DNA of 64,000 nucleotides from Halodesulfurarchaeum sp. (GTDB lineage Archaea; Halobacteriota; Halobacteria; Halobacteriales; Halobacteriaceae), in NCBI GenBank assembly GCA_034520565.1, contig JAXHNL010000002.1:1216001-1280000 (forward strand), written 5' to 3'. The notes beneath the pieces are model-generated. The model had not been told where the DNA came from. It made no database searches and saw nothing but the letters and a program-made list of their open reading frames with translations. The position numbers were made by a program, and so were the translations under genes. Position 1 is the first letter of the stretch, and the number at the start of each line of letters is the position of its first letter. This document shows positions 57,822-64,000 of the stretch, in pieces.

Positions 57822-60647
57822 TCACCAGAAGGCCTTCGTCCGGGCGTACTCGCGCTCGCGTTCGAGGATATCTCGGTAGAAGTCCTGTTCTGACTCGCGG
57901 TGTCGGTTGATGATCCGCGCGGCGTTCTCCGGGCCGACCCCGCGTCCGGACAGGGCGATGACGGCCTTTTTGCCATGGCCCTGCACGAGACTGGCGTTTC
58001 GATAGGCCCGCTCGGTCCGCTTTTGCTGGTCATCGTCCTTGTCCTTTGCTCGGATCGCCGAGAGGACGTCGTCCGCGTAGGGGCTGAGGGCCGCGATCTG
58101 GGTCGACTCGCAGTGGGGGCACTGGGGCTGGTCCGGAACGCGACTGACTGTCATCTCCCGATCGTAGTCCAGACAGTGCAGACAGACCAGCCGAACCCGG
58201 TCGTCCTGGATTCGATCCCGAACCGTATCGATCACGCTCGCGTCGGCGTTTTCGGGGGTTAGCAGCTCGGAGCCGCTCTGTCGCCCGCCGGTGCCGATGG
58301 CCGTCCGCTCGCCGATCGATTCGAGGTCGACGGACCCGTCCTGGACCGCCGCGAGCACCGCCTTCGCTCGCTCGATGTCGAGTTCCTCGTGGAAGACCTC
58401 CCTGATCGACTCCTCGTAAATCGGCGTGTCTTCGAGGGCGGCCATCACCCGACTGAGCGACACCCCGTCGCCGCCCTTCCATCGCTTGAGCGCGCCGAAC
58501 TTGGCGGCGACCTGTGCGAGGGTGAACTTCAGCGTCTCCGACCCATCGAGGCTCAACTCGAGGAGCGGCCCGACGTGACGCGGTTCGGTCGTCTCCAAAA
58601 CCGCTCGAACGTCCGGGGCCCTGATGCCACGAGGGACGTCGAGTTCGACCCGATAGGGATCGACCTCGAGCCCGACCGTCGAACCCGTTCGTTGCCCGAG
58701 CAACGCGGCAAGCAAACGGCCAATGGTCTCGTTGCCCTTGAGCCCGCCACAGACGTTGAGGCCGATTTCCCCGCCCTGTGACTCGATGAGGAGCCGCGTA
58801 TCCGTCGGGACCGGTGCCCCGGAGTCAACGTGGGTCTCGATTTGCACCAGTGCCCGTTCGATGGTTGCCGGACTTGCCGGGTAGCGACTCGTCAGGTCCG
58901 CCGCGACCGCTTCGGTCGCTGCCCCCGTTTCGAACTGCGTGGCAGCCACGTCGCGTATTTGCCCCACTTCCTGGGCCACCTCGTACGGGACGGGAATCTC
59001 CTGACCGGTCCAGGATGGCACTTCACCCGTCGGATCCTCGATCGGCGACACCTCGACCTGCTGGTCGTCCTCGTCGATCTCGGAGATCCGCCACATGTCT
59101 CCCCGCTGGATGAACGAGGCCCCCGGCTCGGCGAAATTGACGACGAACCGCTCGTCCAGGGTGCCAACCTGCGAGCCGCTGGCGATGTCGAAGACCTCGT
59201 AGGTCTCCTCGTCGGGGATCATCGAGAGGTTCCGGTAGTAGTACTGCCAGGTGCCGCCGGACTTCTCGATCCGGTCTGCCTCCTCGTCGAGCCAGAGGAC
59301 GTAATTCGAATTGAGTTCCCGGACGACTGCTTTGAACGTCTCCTGCTCGAGGTCCCGGAACGGGTAGGCGTTCGTGAGGACCTCGTAGGCACCCCGGGCG
59401 GAGATTTCTCCGCCGTCCATGACGAGCCCGACGACCTGATTTGCGACGACGTCGAGGCTGCCGTGGTGGATCTCGGCCGGTTCGACGGCTCCCGTCCCGG
59501 CCCGGCGAGCGATCGCGAGTGCCTCGAGCGTGTCGTCGGGATGGGCGGTGACGACCGTCCCGGTCGAGACGGTATCGTGGCGGTGGCCGGCCCGCCCGAC
59601 CCGCTGGAGCAGGCGAGTGACCTGTCGTGGACTCGAGTACTGGACGACGTGATCGATCCGGCCCACGTCGATTCCCAGCTCCATCGAGGAGGTGCACAGC
59701 AGTGCGTCCAGGTCGCCGTCCTTGAACCGATCCTCGACGTCGATCCGGGCGTCCTTCGAGAGCGAGCCGTGGTGGACGCCGATGTTCGCCCCCATCTCCT
59801 TGAACCGGGATCCAAGCGCCTCGGCAGTTTGGCGCGTGTTTACGAAGATGAGGGTCGAATCCTGTGCTTCCACGATGTCGGCGATGTATCGGAGGTGGCT
59901 CGCGACCGCTTTCGTGGTCATCGCTTCCGAGGCCAGATCACGATCGGCTTCGGTGATATCGGGCTGGACGACCTCGACGTCGATCTTGCTCGCGACGTCG
60001 ACGGAGACGATCTCGCAGCCACGATCGCCCGTGAGGAATTTCCCGACCTCTTCGGGGTCACCGACGGTCGCGGAGAGCCCCACTCGTTGCATCGGGCCGG
60101 CGAGTTCCCGGAGGCGTTCGAGTGCCACGGTCAGTTGTGCCCCCCGCTTCGCGGCGGCGAGTTCGTGGACCTCGTCCACGACGACGTAATCGACGTCTTC
60201 GAGTCCTTTACGGAGTTTCGACCCGGAGAGCATCGCTTGCACCGTTTCCGGTGTCGTCACGAGGACGTCGGGAGGGTCCTCGGCCTGCTTCTGGCGCTGG
60301 TACTGGGTCGTATCGCCGTGGCGAACCTGCACGTCCAGGTCGAGCACGTCACCCCACCACTCGAGCCGATCCCGCATGTCTCGGTTGAGTGCCCGAAGCG
60401 GGGTGACGTACAGGGCCCCGAATCCCTCCCGGGGTTCCTGGACCAGTTTGTCGAAGATCGGGAGCATCGCGGTCTCCGTCTTGCCGGTCCCCGTCGGGGC
60501 GATCACGAGGGTGTGCTGCCCGGCAGCGATCGGGGGAATCGCCCGGCGCTGGGGCTCGGTGGGCGTGGAAAACCCCCGCTCGGAGAGTGCCGCCCGGACC
60601 GCTGGCCCGAGGGCCACAAAGGCGTCGGCCTGCCCCATCTCGCTCAT
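57822..60647 (-). CDS. lhr: Lhr-type DEAD/DEAH helicase
   Basis: APTGTGKT, DEVH, SAT and QRVGRAGH motifs; C-terminal CxxC pairs. Confidence 0.92.
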   Translation of the reverse strand: MSEMGQADAFVALGPAVRAALSERGFSTPTEPQRRAIPPIAAGQHTLVIAPTGTGKTETAMLPIFDKLVQEPREGFGALYVTPLRALNRDMRDRLEWWGDVLDLDVQVRHGDTTQYQRQKQAEDPPDVLVTTPETVQAMLSGSKLRKGLEDVDYVVVDEVHELAAAKRGAQLTVALERLRELAGPMQRVGLSATVGDPEEVGKFLTGDRGCEIVSVDVASKIDVEVVQPDITEADRDLASEAMTTKAVASHLRYIADIVEAQDSTLIFVNTRQTAEALGSRFKEMGANIGVHHGSLSKDARIDVEDRFKDGDLDALLCTSSMELGIDVGRIDHVVQYSSPRQVTRLLQRVGRAGHRHDTVSTGTVVTAHPDDTLEALAIARRAGTGAVEPAEIHHGSLDVVANQVVGLVMDGGEISARGAYEVLTNAYPFRDLEQETFKAVVRELNSNYVLWLDEEADRIEKSGGTWQYYYRNLSMIPDEETYEVFDIASGSQVGTLDERFVVNFAEPGASFIQRGDMWRISEIDEDDQQVEVSPIEDPTGEVPSWTGQEIPVPYEVAQEVGQIRDVAATQFETGAATEAVAADLTSRYPASPATIERALVQIETHVDSGAPVPTDTRLLIESQGGEIGLNVCGGLKGNETIGRLLAALLGQRTGSTVGLEVDPYRVELDVPRGIRAPDVRAVLETTEPRHVGPLLELSLDGSETLKFTLAQVAAKFGALKRWKGGDGVSLSRVMAALEDTPIYEESIREVFHEELDIERAKAVLAAVQDGSVDLESIGERTAIGTGGRQSGSELLTPENADASVIDTVRDRIQDDRVRLVCLHCLDYDREMTVSRVPDQPQCPHCESTQIAALSPYADDVLSAIRAKDKDDDQQKRTERAYRNASLVQGHGKKAVIALSGRGVGPENAARIINRHRESEQDFYRDILEREREYARTKAFW

Positions 60648-60746
60648 TGTCGAGGGTTACGCGAGCGACCGGTTAAGCCCGTTGTTCGCCCGTACGCTGG
60701 CGTTCCCCGCCGGTACCGTGGAGAAGGCAATCGCCCCGCTGTGGGT

Positions 60747-61487
60747 TTAGAACGAATCATAGGCGCCCAGCCGGGTACCGTCGAGGAGGTAGGCCTGCGC
60801 GGTCGGGGCGGCCTCGGGGAGGAACGGGGAGAGGAACTCCTGTCCGGCCACGTTCACCCAGGTCCCGCCGACCATCTCGTTGAACGAGGGGAAGACCACT
60901 ACCTCGTCCGGCCCCCCGATCGTTTCGTCGTGGTAGGTCTCGAAGGGTGTCGGATCGCCGTCGCCCCGGAGCCACACTCGCTCGATGCGGCTCCCGCCGA
61001 CTTCGTCCTCGAGACGGACACACGGATGCTCGTGGCCCACCGCGAGAACGGAGACGTCCAGTACTTTTGGATCCGGCCAGGTGTGGCCGTGGGCGAAGCC
61101 GAGATCGCCGATTCGGACGCCGGTTCCATCGGCCACTTCGATGTCCAGGGCATCGGTCAGGAGGCCGTCGTGGTTCCCTGGCACGAGCAGGACGTCCCGA
61201 TTCCGGAGCGCGTGTTCGAGGTCCATGAGTTCCTCGAGTTCGGCCCCGTCCGGTTGGCCGATATGATTGCCCAGGTCCCCGAGGAAGAGCACCTGGACCG
61301 GGTCGATCCGCTCGGAAAGCGCCAGTAACCGCTCCCGGCGGTCCCCGGCCCGGCTGTCGACCTCCACCCCCTCCTGCCGGAAGGAGCGCTCGATGCCGGC
61401 GTGGTAGTCCGCGACGACGAGGATCGGGCCGTTCGGCCCGTCAGCAACGGCGGCGGGTTCCTTTTCGATTGGCTCGATCGCGGCCAT
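60747..61487 (-). CDS. Metallophosphoesterase (Lhr-associated/Rpe-like)
   Basis: DYH, GD, GNHD, HGH and GHEHP motifs. Confidence 0.88.
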   Translation of the reverse strand: MAAIEPIEKEPAAVADGPNGPILVVADYHAGIERSFRQEGVEVDSRAGDRRERLLALSERIDPVQVLFLGDLGNHIGQPDGAELEELMDLEHALRNRDVLLVPGNHDGLLTDALDIEVADGTGVRIGDLGFAHGHTWPDPKVLDVSVLAVGHEHPCVRLEDEVGGSRIERVWLRGDGDPTPFETYHDETIGGPDEVVVFPSFNEMVGGTWVNVAGQEFLSPFLPEAAPTAQAYLLDGTRLGAYDSF

Positions 61488-63083
61488 TCAAATCGGCTTG
61501 AGATCCTCGGAACCCGACTCGAAACACCGGCCGCCGAGGAGTGCGGCTTCGATGGCATCCTCGATCTCGTCTTCGTCCAAATCGTGTCGCGTTTGCAGGG
61601 TTTCGATGAGTTCGGTGCGCGGGACTCCCGCTCCCTCGCCGAGTTCTTGGAGCGTGTCGATCACGAGGTCCTCTCGTTCGGCTTCCGAAAGATCGCCGCC
61701 GACATCGTCTTCCGCTGCGGACTCGATTTCCTCCGGAGCGGCTGTCGCCTCGTCACCTTCGGACGCGGCATCGTTCACTTCTGTGTCTTCGGTCGCGGAC
61801 TCGGTCGCAACGACCTCTTCGGCTTCCGTATCCGGTGCTTCGGTTCCGTTTGTGCCGGCCTCGGGCTCGATGTCCTCGGTTTCCTCGGGGCTGCCGATCT
61901 CCGCCCCGCTCTCGAAGCCGACGTCGTAGTTCTCCTCGACTTCGGCCCGTTCCTCCTCGGAGAGTTCGTAGCGTTCGTCGGCTTCCGTTGGCTCCTCGGA
62001 TTCGGTCGCCGATTCGGCCGCTGTCTCCGGTTCCGGCTCCGTTTCAGGGGTTGGCTCAGATTCTGGTTCCGCATCCGATTCCGATTCAGGCTCCGACGCG
62101 GGCTCGGTTTCCGCATCCGATTCCGTTTCAGGCCCTGATTCTGTATCCGGTTCGGATTCGGGCTCCGGTGTCGATTCTGTTTGCCCCTCGGCTTCCGGTT
62201 CATCCGGTTGGACCTCCTCGACGTGCGCTTCTTCGGACGGTTTCGCTTCGGTCGATTCCGCTTCGACTTCACCGGTATCCGGCTCCGTTTCGGGTCCCGA
62301 TTCCGTCGATTCCCGCTCGTTTACCGCTGGGTCCGGGGATTCGTCGGCACCGGCGACCAGCGAAACGTCGGTGAATCCGGTCAGTACCTCGCCTTCGCCC
62401 CCCTCGGCGGGTGTGCCGCCGACCCCGGACACCTCGTCGATTTCGCCGGCAACGACCCGCACTGCATCGAGGGCCATCTGTTGAACGGCCTCGAGGTAGC
62501 CAGTCGTCGGGCCGTACTCCCGGATTGAGCGTGGGATTCCGGCGGCCAGCCCCGGCTCGACCCCCGCGGCTGTGAGTCGGACTGACAGGGCTTCCTCCCG
62601 TTCGTCCAGTTCGAGCGCCTGGGCGATCACGCCCGTCCGTTCGAGGGTGTGCAGTGCCGTCTGGACGACCCAGCTGTCCCGCGTTTCGGCGTCGACCTCG
62701 TTTACCCGCTCCGGACGAAGCGAGGTGAGCACGCGATCCGAGCCGTCCGGCTCGAACGTGCGTGCTTTCCCCGTGAGCGAGACAAAGACCGGGGGATCTG
62801 CCCGCTCGAAGAAGGCCAGGGCCTCGGGCTGGTACTGGCCCGCATACAGGACGAACGCGCCCGTCGGATCGACGATCCGTGCCCGGAGGACGCCGTCGCT
62901 CACCTCCTCGGTCTCGGTGAGCACCCCGACGACGAAGATCCGGTTGATTCGGGCGCCCGTGGGCGTGACGAGGTACTGGGGGGCCCGTTCGTCGTCGCTC
63001 TCGGCGTAGCTGTAGGTCGACTCGGCGAACTCGTCGGCGAACACCCGATAGGCGACCTCTCGTGTCGGTGCGGCCCCGCTCAT
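61488..63083 (-). CDS. RPA-associated protein (Rpap, OB-fold) with long acidic linker and C-terminal wHTH
   Basis: REVAYRVFA, DERAP-x-Y, TPTGARINR and DPTG-x-F...GQYQPEA motifs. Confidence 0.85.
   Translation of the reverse strand: MSGAAPTREVAYRVFADEFAESTYSYAESDDERAPQYLVTPTGARINRIFVVGVLTETEEVSDGVLRARIVDPTGAFVLYAGQYQPEALAFFERADPPVFVSLTGKARTFEPDGSDRVLTSLRPERVNEVDAETRDSWVVQTALHTLERTGVIAQALELDEREEALSVRLTAAGVEPGLAAGIPRSIREYGPTTGYLEAVQQMALDAVRVVAGEIDEVSGVGGTPAEGGEGEVLTGFTDVSLVAGADESPDPAVNERESTESGPETEPDTGEVEAESTEAKPSEEAHVEEVQPDEPEAEGQTESTPEPESEPDTESGPETESDAETEPASEPESESDAEPESEPTPETEPEPETAAESATESEEPTEADERYELSEEERAEVEENYDVGFESGAEIGSPEETEDIEPEAGTNGTEAPDTEAEEVVATESATEDTEVNDAASEGDEATAAPEEIESAAEDDVGGDLSEAEREDLVIDTLQELGEGAGVPRTELIETLQTRHDLDEDEIEDAIEAALLGGRCFESGSEDLKPI
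61980..62310 (-). repeat. Coding low-complexity E/P/S/T repeats in the rpap linker
   Basis: PEPESEPDTESGPETESDAETEPASEPESESDAEPESEP. Confidence 0.7.
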
Positions 63084-63193
63084 GGGCGGGACACCTCCGG
63101 TGTCGGGTCGCCGGTATCTCTGTGGGTGGCTTGCCCCTCGGTCGATCCGCCACCAGGCCAGGGGGAGTCGAGGTGACGTCGGTGAATGGTCAT
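63080..63193 (-). other. 37-codon ORF at the usual rpa position (leader ORF or remnant)
   Basis: Its stop overlaps the rpap start (ATGA); GGAGGTG at 63092-63098. Confidence 0.35.
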
Positions 63194-63285
63194 CGTGCCT
63201 GATTACTCCCGGCTTACGCTAAAAGGGTGTGGACGACTCGTCCCGGAGCGAAAGCGTTTCCCCGACTGCCTCGCCAGTATCGAAC

Positions 63286-63948
63286 ATGCACGTGGCCGTG
63301 AACGCCGCCATGAGCGTCGACGGGAAACTCGCTTCCCGTGAACGCGAGCAACTGGCGATCAGCGGACCCGAGGACTTCGATCGCGTCGATCGGCTCCGCG
63401 CTGAAACCGACGCGATCATGGTCGGCGTCGGAACGGTGCTGGCCGACGACCCATCCCTTACCGTCGACGATACGTCGGCCAATTCGGCTGCTGGGTCAGG
63501 GGCTCAGTCGACGAACCCGGTCCGAATCGTCGCGGATTCCAGGGCCCGAACGCCTCCTGACGCGCAGGTGCTTGACGACGCCGCGGAGACGGTGGTGCTC
63601 GTCAGCGAGGCTGTCCCCACCGAACACGTCACGACCCTTTCGTCAGTCGGAGCGGAGATCCTGGAAGCCGGAACGAACCGGGTGGATCTGCCGGCCGCCT
63701 TCCAACAGCTCGAGTCGATGGGTATCGACGACCTGCTCGTGGAGGGCGGGGGCGAACTCATCTACTCGCTGTTCGAGGCCGATCTCGTCGACGAACTCAC
63801 CGTTTACGTCGGGTCCCTCGTGATCGGGGGGCGGGATGCACCGACCCTCGCCGATGGGACAGGGTTCACCGAATCGTATCCGGAACTGACACTCCGCGCG
63901 GTCGAGGAGCTGGGGGATGGGGTGCTACTCGAGTACGATGTGGACTGA
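63286..63948 (+). CDS. arfC: 2,5-diamino-6-ribosylamino-4(3H)-pyrimidinone 5'-phosphate reductase
   Basis: AMSVDGK, GVGTVLADDPSLT and LLVEGGG motifs. Confidence 0.9.
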   Translation: MHVAVNAAMSVDGKLASREREQLAISGPEDFDRVDRLRAETDAIMVGVGTVLADDPSLTVDDTSANSAAGSGAQSTNPVRIVADSRARTPPDAQVLDDAAETVVLVSEAVPTEHVTTLSSVGAEILEAGTNRVDLPAAFQQLESMGIDDLLVEGGGELIYSLFEADLVDELTVYVGSLVIGGRDAPTLADGTGFTESYPELTLRAVEELGDGVLLEYDVD

Positions 63949-64000
63949 GAAGGGCCGTCTCGAACGCGAAATCTAGTGGGAGTGGCCGGTCGCTTCCGCG

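Noticed and set aside
58830-61328. 832-aa plus-strand ORF and similar long antisense ORFs (55257-56942, 4928-6424, 16964-18625, 50643-52016)
   Set aside because: Shadow ORFs opposite well-supported genes, as expected in high-GC DNA.

Overview
High-GC chromosomal window from a halophilic archaeon (class Halobacteria), judged from acidic proteins and haloarchaeal gene content. It is mostly core genes: sdhCDBA, purD, thiI, mat, cyaB, FKBP PPIase, pyrBI, the RNase P/proteasome/SBDS cluster, hflX, moaC, nnr, aIF2-beta, aEF1-beta, nop5-fibrillarin-gshA, coaD, dacZ-mscS, pgk, udk, aro genes, cdc48, lhr-phosphoesterase-rpap and arfC. It also holds two tRNAs (Leu-UAG, Ser-UGA) and a fluoride riboswitch before two crcB genes. 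No transposase, integrase or cas gene was recognised. The most unusual signal is at both tRNA genes. Each is followed by a tandem array of 133-159 bp structured non-coding modules. Every module ends in a copy of that tRNA's 3' ~22 nt, carries an internal antisense arm matching that tRNA, and contains hairpins with tandem GA/GA mismatches that show compensatory substitutions between copies. Other observations: twin TTTAG-N6-CTAAA operators before a DoxX operon, an rpap gene without its usual rpa partner, a triplicated gene 3' end, several microproteins missed by the ORF track, and seven probable consensus-error frameshifts. Product calls come from motif recognition and synteny by eye; no searches were run.
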